From: Octopus vulgaris | Lineage: Eukaryota | Assembly (NCBI GenBank): GCA_951406725.2 | Contig: OX597816.1 | Coordinates: forward strand, 45,384,001-45,448,000 | Length of the DNA stretch: 64,000 nt | Direction: 5' to 3' | Shown: piece by piece, positions 51,962 to 64,000 of the stretch | Layout of the letters: every line of letters starts with the position of its first letter | How positions within the stretch are numbered: the stretch's first letter is position 1 | Translations under genes and position numbers: made by a program | The notes under the pieces: generated by a model | The model's database searches: none | The model's input: the letters and a program-made list of their open reading frames with translations, nothing else | What the model was told of the DNA's origin: nothing

Positions 51962-52140
51962 GGCCCCTGTGCCGGTGGCACGTAAAAACAGCACCCACTA
52001 TACTGGCGTTAGGAAGGGCATCCAGCTGTAGAAACACTGCCAGATCAGATTGGAGCCTGGTGCAGCCTCCTGGCTTCCCAGCCCCCAGTCGAACCATTCA
52101 ACCTATTCCAGCATGGAAAATGGACATTAAACGATGATGT
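51962..52140 (+). mobile_element. SINE/LINE 3' tail ending in (GAT)n
   Basis: GGCGTTAGGAAGGGCATCCAGCTGTAGAAA...GGACATTAAACGATGATG. Confidence 0.6.
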
Positions 52141-52544
52141 CTTACCTATGCACTGGTCAAGTAGAAAAACGATGAGTGACAAAAAATTGGATTGTCTTTT
52201 GGTACCAAAAAAGTGAAGAAAGAGAGTAGAGAAGGTTAGGGAAGAGCAAGTAGGAAGAAAGAGAGTGCGGAGAAATAAAGGAATAAAGATAGACAGTAGG
52301 TAGTTGACAGAGATGGACAGAGGAAGAAATGGAAGGCAGTAAAGAGAGAAAAGCAACAGAGAGGTAGATAGAGGGGAGAGGAGAAAGACGGAGAAATAGA
52401 TAGAAAAGAGAGACAGTCTTGCACCAAATATTGAACACTGCGTAGGGTACCACTGAGTGGGAACAGAAGTGAGTGTGTGACATTACATTGACTAACAGAC
52501 CTAAAATACTGCACAGAAAGTCAACAAACACACATATATAATGA

Positions 52545-53410
52545 TAAAGGAAATTGTTGTATACAGTGCTCAGGTGCACTACAACTAAAAAGAAAAAAAT
52601 GGCCATCAGGTGTACTGTTGGCGGATTTCAGGACACATGGAAGTTTTGAAGGATGTAGTGTCTTGACAGCTAACAACTGATGCAGGTGGTTTATTCCATG
52701 CTTCTGCAAATCTGAGCATGAAAAATTGTTTCCGAAAGTCATGGGTGCTGTGTTGTTTTTTGATTTTATAAGCATGTCCGTGAGTGTTTGTCATATGGAA
52801 TTCAAAAAGGTACCCAAGGTTGTTGTTGGAAATATGGTGGATAATCTTGTGAGTGTCAATCAAGTCAGTTGCCAGACGGCTGGGCTTCAATGTATCCATG
52901 CCCAGGAATGCAAGACGTTCAGAGTATGGTAGATGTCTGACGGTGGGTATTCGCTTTGTTGCACATTTCTGAACAGTTTCCAGGAGATTTATATGCTGAG
53001 AAAGAGAGGGGTTCCAGACTAGTGATGCAAATTCCAAATGTGGACATACCATTGTTGTATACAATTTTAAATAGAAAACTGGAGAGTGGCTGACAAAGGT
53101 CTTACTGAGTGATGCTAGCACCACCGCAGCCTTTTTGACAATCTTAGTTATGTGGTTTGTCCAATGCAGATTGTTTACAATAATACCCAGAACATGTCCA
53201 CTAGAAGACTTCTTGAGATTGGTGTTGCTGAGGGAGTATGTAAAAGCTGGATTTTTCCTCCCAAAATGCATGGTGACACACTTGTCTACAGATAGCTTGA
53301 GTTGCCAGTCAGAAGTCTACTGCTGCATTGTATCCAGATATGATTGCAGGATAGGATCTGTTCTTTTTATTTCAGGGTACAGCTTGGTATCATCTGCATA
53401 TTTCAACACT
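52545..53410 (-). pseudogene. CR1-clade LINE RT C-terminal half
   Basis: YADDTKLY at about 53400; MHFGRKN, PHLEFASLVWNP, LETVQKCATKRI, GHAYKI, WNKP (ORF 52606-53271). Confidence 0.9.
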
Positions 53411-53925
53411 GAAATTTCCAAGAAGTTTTCGACCAAATTTCCCGACAAAGTGCCAGTTGCCCATCAACCCCGAAATTACCCTTCCTCTAATAAACACAAG
53501 GCCTAAAATTTTGTGGAGGGGTGATTATTCGGATACTCTCTTTTATCGACTCCGAAAGAATGAAAAGCAAAAGCTGACTTCGGAGGGATTTGAACGGAGA
53601 GCGCAATCAGAACAAATACCTCAAAACATTTTATCTGACGGTGTAGCCACTCTGCCATTTCAACGCCCTAATTAGTAAACATTCATTACTAGGATGATAA
53701 ATCACATGACAAGTCTTCCCTTCTTTCCTTCTGTTTTTATTTCGTTCTAAATCAAAACTACCTTCCCTTTTTTTTTTGTCTTCCATTTTATATTTATCAC
53801 TTCAGCTTACGACCTCCACCTAATTACTACTATATATGAAGAAAATTTCATCTCAACACCCGATTTGAAAAGCTAGTAACAGTGAAACTGCGAAGTAAAC
53901 AATCATCTTTGATACTACAAGAATT

Positions 53926-53972
<47 letters not shown>

Positions 53973-54054
53973 TATTCTATACCTGTATTGAGCACTCAAA
54001 TAATTTTATTCAAGTAAATTCATTTACACGATGCACGTACATATACAGGCGTGT

Positions 54055-55125
<1,071 letters not shown>

Positions 55126-55227
55126 TGTGTATATATGTATGCATAGGTCCCCATAATGTTTTTCTTAGCAAGGAGTTGTAATGTTTTGCTTTGTATTTGT
55201 ACTGTGCTATTGGAAATAGAAAGGAAA

Positions 55228-55289
<62 letters not shown>

Positions 55290-55295
55290 TACTAC

Positions 55296-55334
<39 letters not shown>

Positions 55335-56112
55335 CATTATTATTATTACTATTGGATTTCATTCTCTTTCCGCGGTAAAATCCAATAATGATGTTAGAAA
55401 TGATTATTGAATTTCTGAAGCCGTGTCTTGAAGCAGCTCCTGTTTTAATTTGTTTTAATATTTGTTTTCTGTAACGTAACTTAGATTTACTGGGTTGTAT
55501 TTTATTGTTATTACGTCAAACACGAGGAGGATAGCTTAATTGTTATATATGTTCCCGGTTTAGGAAAAGGTATTTTTGTTAATTGCTATTTCTTTCTACC
55601 TCTACGGTAGAAATTCATTTCAATATGGCTACGACAACGACGACGATTGGATAAGATTTGTATAACGTTGGTAGATAATTTACTTCTTTGAGGAAGGAAA
55701 AAGCGAAAGGAACCTTGAATCTTTTGAATATTGGGAAGAGCAGCAATTGCAAGATTAACACAACTGCAACAATAAACTTTACACGGTGTGAACAATAATT
55801 ATTTCTGATTCAGAGACAAGAATTTCGACTGACATTTTGTTATATTGACCCAGGGGGATAAAAGGTAAAGTTAACCTCGCCGAACAATTGAACTCAGAAT
55901 GTAAAGAGCCGAAACAAATACCGATATGTATTTTGTTCGACGCTCTCACATTTCTCCTAGCTCTACAATGTCTGACTCATTCTCTCAACTATACATTGTA
56001 TGCTGTCTTCAACAAAATTTTCTGCAAATTTGTCCAACCTTCGCCCGATTTTACATGGGCTGAAAAATATTGTTGAAAACTATAACTTGCACACAAGAAA
56101 TTTATAGCATTA

Positions 56113-56324
56113 CTGGTTTTCAAATTTTGGTTTTCAAACAAGGCCAGCGAGTTCTTAGGAGAGTGATAGGTCGTTTACTTCGATTCCAGTATTTTATTAG
56201 TACTTATTTTATCGACTCCGAAAGGATGAAAGGCAAAGTCGACCTCGGCGGTATTTGAACTCAGAACGTAGCGAAGCTACGCATTTCGCCCGGCGTGCTA
56301 TCTATCCCGTCAGCTCACCACCTT
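56113..56324 (-). mobile_element. SINE family B with 15-bp TSD
   Basis: AAATTTATAGCATTA at 56098-56112 and 56325-56339. Confidence 0.85.
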
Positions 56325-56351
56325 AAATTTATAGCATTATTATCCTACACG

Positions 56352-56694
56352 TGAAGGCGCATGGCTCAGTGGTTAGAGCGTAGAGCTTACGATCGTGAGG
56401 TTGTGAGTTCGATTCGCCGGACCGGGCTGTGTTGTGTTCTTGAGCAAGACACTTTATTTCACGTTGCTCAAGTTAACTCAGCTATAGAAATGAGTTGCGA
56501 TATCACTGGTGCCAAGCTGTATAGGCCTTGCCTTTCCCTTGGATAACATCAGTGATGTGGAGAGCGGAGGCTGGTATGCATGGGCGACTGCTAGCCTTCC
56601 ACAAACAATCTTGCCTTGACTTGTGCCTCGGAGGCTAACTTTCTAGGTGCAATCCCATTGTCATTCATGACCGAAGGGGGTCTCTTCCTCCTCC
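56352..56694 (+). mobile_element. tRNA-derived SINE family E
   Basis: TGGCTCAGTGGTTAGAGC, GAGTTCGATTC, CTTGAGCAAGACACT. Confidence 0.85.
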
Positions 56695-56709
56695 TATTAT
56701 CATACATAT

Positions 56710-56892
56710 TTAAGGTGGCGAGCCGGCAGAATCGTTAGCACACCGAGCAAAACGCTGAACGGCATTTCGCCCGTCTTTATATATTCAAATTCCGCTGAGG
56801 TCGATAAAATGAGTATCAGTTGAGTACTGAAGTCAATATAATCGACTTACCCGCTCCCTCGAAATTGCTGGCCCTGTGCCAAAATTTGAAAT
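56710..56892 (+). mobile_element. SINE family B (internally deleted)
   Basis: TAAGGTGGCGAGCCGGCAGAATCGTTAGCAC head; tail GAAATTGCTGGCC..CCAAAATTTGAAA. Confidence 0.8.
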
Positions 56893-58884
56893 CATTATTA
56901 TCCTACATATGTCCGAGTAAATTTGTTATCTGGTAAAATCTTAAATATCTCATTCCAACTGATGTAAAAGTGCACAATACCACGTGATCCGTTCCTGTTT
57001 CTCTACCCCAGCGTAAATCTATTCTCCATCCCCTCTATTCCAGAAGTGGTCTCGCTTACTCTTTCTATAACAGGGATTTCGTGTTTGTAGTTTGACAGAG
57101 GCATTTTGTTGAAGTTCGGAATTCGAGCGACAGCTCCCAGATTTCAGCGCCCTAAGCCATTCTTTAGTTTGCTTGGTTTGTAGCGCTGACCCTCGGTTGA
57201 ACATCAAGCATCAAAACAACCTGAAAGTGATTAACGGATACGCATGAAAGAAACAAAATTGTTTGAAACATAAGAGTATTTTAACAATACATTCACAAAT
57301 ACATAAACAGACATCACAAAACATTAGAGAAAATTTACATAAACTCTAAATCAAAGCAAAACATAACAAAGAAAACCGGAAGTATCGCCATTATCTATCT
57401 TTTACATTCGTAGCCCTGCACTGAATTTGAACAACATACGTAAACACAAGCAATTCACACACAAAATGCACAACCGTAACCAAAGGAAACGAAATACTTC
57501 ACTTATGACAAAATGCAAAACTCGCTAAACATACTACAATACAATACTAACAACCTAAACATTTAAAGTTTTTATGAAGTAAAGTGAATAGTTATCGTAC
57601 ACAACATTCGTGTTGGTTTAATGTAAATTAGAAGCCCGATACAGAATATCTGAAATCCCCCAATGACTTCTGTGAGGAAGGATAGATCAAACCATGGTGG
57701 TCACCGCGTTTTGGTTTAATAATAGACATGAAAATACTTATAAGCCATAACATGATGTACATAAGAATATATACATCCAGCACAAAGCCTAAACGACAAT
57801 TGATCACAATTCGATCGTAGGATACGATTGCACACAAAAAATGCAAGCATTCGAACTAACAGCGAACATTTCGAAATATGTAAGCAAAAATAGACAAATA
57901 CAGACTATCCTGCCAACTGCCCTTCCAAATCATAGACCAAAATAACAAACATCATTGGTACAAAGCAAATACAGACAATCCAAAATATGAACGCAAAAGG
58001 ACTACACACACGTACCCTTTAAGTCTTGAATAAGCCACACTAATACATCACACCAAGCTAACAACACTAGTTTATTATTGCGGATTACCCTAATCTTATC
58101 TGGAACCCAGTCTTTTCCCTGCACGTATTTGACCTTCGCATTATCACTCAACGATGTTGGCAGGCAAAGCTATTGGATTATAACTTAGAGGGTTTAATAT
58201 TTTGTCAACTTTGTGAAGTATGATGATTTATTCCTCGGTGAATCATTCAATTGTTTTTTATGACTATTTTTGGAAGTATTTGGTGATAGTCGTTTGGTAT
58301 TTTAACTAGAAGTTTGGCACTTCCACATTCTCTGGTTCTTTTCTATCAGAATCTTCTACATGGGGTGTTCTCAGAACGACTGATATGTGCCATAAAATGT
58401 GTGTTGAGAACTACTTACACGTTGGTATTTTGAGGACAATTGGTGTGTTCTACACGAGTGTCTTGTGACTTATATAGCTGTTACATAAATTATGTCATTT
58501 ATCCTGGTGATTATATGATTGCAGCTGTCGAAAGAATACATTTCTGTTTTTAGTACAAAATTTTCGTTAAGTTTCAAGTTTTAGCACGCCTTCTTAGCCT
58601 ATAAAATGTTCCTTTACCGATTTTAATTTTTATAATTCCATCTTTAGATTATTGTTGTGTTCAAAATATCCAGCTTTGGAACATTCTATTTTCCTTTTTA
58701 CTTGCATTCATTTCATATTTTCAGTAAAACCAGTAAATTGTTCTCCGTTACTCAGAAGCAACATAGTATATACAAAGGTAAATGTTAGGCTATATATCAA
58801 CAAAGTTTGGCCAGCACTTAGATGTTTCGACATAATTTTAAAATGTAAACACTCACAGACAATCTAAAAAGTAAATTTTACACA

Positions 58885-59260
58885 GTCTGTTGAATCTGTT
58901 TTGTTTTTTGACACTTCTGTCTGGACATTAACGAGAATGCTTGAAATATGATGAATAGCACCTATATGTGCATACTTCGTTCTAATTTGAATGCGTCCTG
59001 GAATGAACACCGCACCAATAGAATATACAATAAGCTTCCTAAAGTATCAGAAGTCATTAGTAAGTGAAGAGTTTGCTTTGCTGAACACTGGAGATGTAAG
59101 AAAAAGCAGGTTAATAATATTTGGACACGGCTATAATCGTCTTAATCACCCTGCAGAGTCATACATCGATCAGTTAACAGATGACATTGGATGTCATCGA
59201 GAGGGATTATCACATGCCATGGAAAATACAGTTCTGTGAAGAATCAAGGTCATGTAAATC
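58885..59260 (+). pseudogene. Highly decayed RTE-like LINE 3' fragment
   Basis: VESVL..WTLTR, ILRS.LN.SW.EH, RL..FGH, YIDQL.DD.GC..AM resemble an RTE C-terminus. Confidence 0.5.
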
Positions 59261-60389
59261 TGAGATCAAGCTCTACCCAATGAGGATGAAGTTTTGATTC
59301 GGTTCTTCTTCGAGGAATATTCTCAAAGTATATAGTCGTAAATGACGTGTTGTTAAACGCTAGATCACATCTGATCCAGGAGATATATTATTACCAAAAC
59401 CGTTCCCATCTTTCTTTTATTTTTATTGTTTTGTTTTTCAGACTCTGTCTCAGAGAGATCACCTTGTTCAAAGGCTTATTTTTATTTAATAAAAATGGTA
59501 GGCTATTATTCAAGGGAAAATACGGCTGGTATTTATTGTAGGTTGAGAAACTGAGTAGAGACTCTTACGAAGGCTTGTGGCTTACTGGTGTTTCATTTTA
59601 TTTGCTTGTGTACGCATGTAATCGTGCATGTGTGTATGTGTAAGTGTGTGTCAATGAGCGCATGCGCATGCTAATTCTATCATCGAGATTTTTGTGTCAT
59701 CTTCATCCTCACCACTACTAACGCCACCATCACCACCACATCATATGTCAAAATACCTTTTCTTCACAGCAAGATCTCTAAATCAAGCAGTGATTATAGA
59801 TGCATATCTAACCAGCTTCTTTCTCATCTCTTTTCCAGCCGCATCAATCCTCTTATTACGCAGTTGATTGTTTGCCGCTGCCAGGTCCTTGAACTTAATA
59901 ACCTTTTTGAGCCGGGAAAATCTCTTTTATCTTTAATTGAAATGTTCGGTTATCTGCTTTAAGTATAATGACATTTCAGATGACCTTTCTAAATATGGCC
60001 ATGTTTGATTGTATTAACAAATACTGTCCGCCTTTTTGTAAAGCCTGTATATGTCTGTGTAAGCGTATGTGAGTGCTTTTAAAGATGTGTATCTGTGTGT
60101 GTGTGTGTGTGTTTAAAGACACTCATACATAGACACTCACAGACACACACGCACGCACTTACATTCACAAACGTACAAATGTATACATGTATCTTAGCAT
60201 ATATTTACTACACGTTAAAATATCCGTGTGTGTGTGCGCGCGTGTGTATATGCATGCATATAAGTACATATGTATATATATACACACACATATATATATG
60301 CATATATTTAAATATAAGTACACGCGCTTACATACGCATATATGTATACTTACACGTGCATATATCTATGTGTCTGTGTGTGTGTATCT

Positions 60390-60421
<32 letters not shown>

Positions 60422-60497
60422 CAAATATAAATATATACATATATTTATATTTGCATATCTATATATATATATATATATATATATATGCAAATATAAA

Positions 60498-60533
<36 letters not shown>

Positions 60534-60553
60534 TATGCAAATATAAATATATG

Positions 60554-60587
<34 letters not shown>

Positions 60588-60820
60588 CAAATATAAATAT
60601 ATGTATGTATATATATATATATATATATATACAAATATAAATATATGTATGTATATATATATATATATATATACAAATATAAATATATGTATACGTATGT
60701 TTTTTATCCATATACATATACACACACACACATATATGTTTATGCTTTTATGTCTTTGCGTCTGTATTCGTGTATGAGTCCATGTATATATAGATACATA
60801 CATAGATAGACAGACAGACC

Positions 60821-60894
<74 letters not shown>

Positions 60895-62065
60895 TAGATA
60901 GATAGATTGATTGGTAGACTTGTATGTGCATGTGAATGCATGAGTATGTTCGTGTATGTAGACATTAGTGTATATATATATATATATATATACATACACA
61001 CACATATACATGTATATATTAGGCATTTGTAATACATTGTATGGCGAATGGACTCATATTGAATCAGTTCTATTTAAATTTTTGTATAGGGGGTGTACAT
61101 TAAATTTTCTAGGTCTTTTTAATCTATGCCATCGATTATAAATGCGTGTGTGTATGTGTGTGTTTGTATGTGTGTGTACATACATATATATATATACATA
61201 TATACACAAGGAAACACATATACATACACATCTACATGCATACGTATTGACAAACACGCACACACCCACGTTTATATGTCGGTTGTATGCATGTATGCAT
61301 GATGTGTGTATGTATACATGTATGTATGTGTGTATATATAAAAACTTGAGGTTATTTTGAAGCATTGTATGGATTATATGAACAGATTTGAAAGCCATAT
61401 GAATGCAATTTCTTTTTTTGTAAATTTTCGATTTTCAGAAAGTCTCTTTCAAAAATTTATAGTAATGCGTTCAAATGTTTTTTTAAAATTTGTGTAGACA
61501 TTTCCTGTCCATTAACCGTTGTAGCATTTGGCTTCTGCAGTACGTTGCTGTAACAGTGAATTACATGAAAACAGAAGAAAAAAAAGAAAAAAATTTTATC
61601 ACGGTTATTTTTTTGCTCCTGAAGGCCACATTTTTGTTGTAACACCGAAATGAAACAAACAAGCAAAAAAGAAAAAAAAACCATTGCTGTAATAGCTTTT
61701 CACCGATGTGTAGTCATCGATGACGTCTCATGAGCAGAAACCTTCGAAATTATTTTTCTTGCTGGTTCAGGCCCCTAAAAGTATTAGCAAACACTTTTCG
61801 TAAACAGCCAATGTGTTTTTTCTGACGTGGAATATATTGAAAATAATTAGACTCATATTTTTATTACAGAAATATGTAAACCAACGCCGCTTTATAGATA
61901 AAATTATCTATTATTCACATTTCCGGCATAAAAGTCGCACTTTTCAGATCAAAATTTACAGCCAAAATGTAAGTCGACTTATACACCAAAACAACTTTGG
62001 AGAACCAAAAATTCCATGTTATATGCAGTAAGATTTGGAAAGATAGTGACGATGTTTGAATGTTT

Positions 62066-62158
<93 letters not shown>

Positions 62159-62724
62159 AAAGTGTACGTACGCCGCTATATATATATATATATATATATA
62201 TAAATCGACCTCTGGGCGTATTCTTCGTAAGTCTAGTACTTATTCTATCGGTCTCTTTTGCCGAACCGCTAAGTTACGGGTACATAAACACACCAACATC
62301 GGTTGAAAAGTCACCTGAAGAGATATATTGCATCTAATGATGCACCACAACCAGTTGTGTAGAATCTCACCCTCGGAAGACCGATGTACGATAGGTGAAA
62401 ACGATCGTAGTGATTAACGAAGAATCTCATGAATTCCATTTCCTCTTTCTCTCATATGTTATTTAACCGACGAACACGAAGAATTCCTGAAGTAAATCCA
62501 GTGACATTAATAGCCATACTATTGATGACATCAGATAGCCAAAGACAGCTGACGTACTTTGAACGGAGAACTACCAGCAATATCCCTAAATTTAATATTA
62601 TGATTTACATACACTACGTCAATATACACTATGCCGGAAGAAACGGTATTTCATTTCTCGGCACTACAGGGGTGCATAAAAATACTAAAAAAACTACCTA
62701 GGATTTTATTTTGGTGTGTGAGTT

Positions 62725-62945
62725 TGTATATGTGTTTGTGTGTGTTTGTGTCTGCGTTTGTCCCCACCACCGCTTGACAACCGGTTCTGGTGTTTTCACA
62801 TTCCCGTAACTTAGCCGTTCGGCTAAAGAGACCGATAGGATAAATACCAGGCTTAAAAGAAAGTAAGTACTGGGGTCGATTCGCCCGGCTCAAATGTTTC
62901 AAAGCGGTGCTCCAGCATGGTCGCAGTCAAATGACTGAAACAAGT
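62725..62945 (+). mobile_element. SINE family A 3' half
   Basis: CCGCTTGACAACCGG...GCGGTGCTCCAGCATGG..GCAGTCAAATGACTGAAACAAG. Confidence 0.85.
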
Positions 62946-62953
62946 TTAAAATA

Positions 62954-63025
62954 CTGTCCATAGGACTCGAACCCACGTCGCTTGGGAACATGAGAGATGC
63001 GCTATCATTATACCACAGGAACACT
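62954..63025 (-). pseudogene. tRNA-like head or tRNA pseudogene
   Basis: TGGTATAATGA A-box and GGGTTCGAGTCC B-box; no proper anticodon arm. Confidence 0.4.
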
Positions 63026-63094
63026 TCCATAGGTCTCGAAGTCCCTAAATTCTTATGATGTAAACATTAATTAATAATTACAATAATTAATAAT

Positions 63095-63935
63095 GATTTC
63101 AAATTTTTGTCACAAAAGTAGCTTGGTGGAATGAGATTAAAACGATTACATCGACCCCAATGCGTAACTGGTACTTATTTAATCGAACCCGAAAGGATGA
63201 AAGGCAAAGTCGATCCCGGCGGAATTTGAACTCAGAACGTAGCGACGGGCGAAATACCTATTTCTTTACTACCCACAAGGGGCTAAACACAGAGGGGACA
63301 AACAAGGACAGACAAACGGATTAAGTCGATTATATCAAACCCAGTGCGTAACTGGTACTTAATTTATCGACCCCGAATGGATGAAAGGCAAAGTCGACCT
63401 CGGCGGAATTGGAACTCAGAACGTAGCGACGGGCGAAATACCTATTTCTTTACTACCCACAAGGGGCTAAACACAGAGAGGACAAACAAGGGCAGACAAA
63501 CGGATTAAGTCGATTATATCGACCCCAGTGCGTAACTGGTACTTAATTAATCGACCTTGAAAGGATGAAAGGCAAAGTCGACCTCGGCGGAATTTGAACT
63601 CAGAACGTAGCGGCAGACGAAATACCTATTTCTTTACTACCCACAAGGGGCTAAATATAGAGGGGACAAACAAAAACAGACATAAGTATTAAGTCGATTA
63701 CATCGACCACAGTGCGTAACTGGTACTTAATTTATCGACCCCGAAAGGATGAAAGGCAAAGTCGACCTCGGCGGAATTTGAACTCACAACATAACGGCAG
63801 ATGAAACACGGCTACGCACTTCGCCCGGAGTGCTACTGTTTCTGCCAGCTCGCCGCCTTAATTTGAACTCAGAACGTAGCGGCAGACAAAATACCTCTAA
63901 GCATTTCGCTCGGCGCGCTAACGATTCTACCTTAC
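63095..63935 (-). mobile_element. SINE family B nested tandem array (184-bp period)
   Basis: Unit boundaries at 63259, 63443 and 63627; full head ends at 63860; second head 63861-63935. Confidence 0.92.
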
Positions 63936-64000
63936 AATAATTAGTAATTGCATAATAAATGATCGCCAAAGAGAAACTATTTTGAGGAAAATTGTCCTGG

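Noticed and set aside
56361-56425. Functional tRNA genes at SINE heads
   Set aside because: A/B boxes are present but the cloverleaf is incomplete, and each continues into a SINE body
62308-62415. CTGAAGA and GAAA motifs suggesting a hammerhead
   Set aside because: No consistent stem I/II/III geometry could be built

Overview
Eukaryotic, AT-rich, repeat-saturated genomic DNA. The SINE families, microsatellite load and LINE set look like an Octopus (cephalopod) intergenic or intronic region; this assignment is from recognition, not a search. I find no convincing host protein-coding gene, and nearly all long ORFs in the track are microsatellite artefacts. The window is a mosaic of: (i) several tRNA-derived SINE families; (ii) decayed LINEs: RTE with three C-terminal C2H2 fingers, CR1, Tx1/L1-like, and RLE-type R4/Dong-like elements sitting in (TAA)n and (TACA)n; (iii) Tc1/mariner remnants and MITEs; (iv) Helitron termini and a Rep fragment; (v) long inverted repeats. 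The most interesting signal is a set of at least five minimal type-I hammerhead ribozyme motifs from three unrelated repeat contexts. One context has a tRNA-like Pol III head and a tandem plus inverted, Penelope/retrozyme-like arrangement (10.4-11.1 kb). Another sits at the tip of a 131-nt rod-like hairpin and has a compensatory U3-A8 core (18.8 kb). A second notable signal is a SINE that appears to insert into its own head at a fixed site, building 184-bp tandem arrays.
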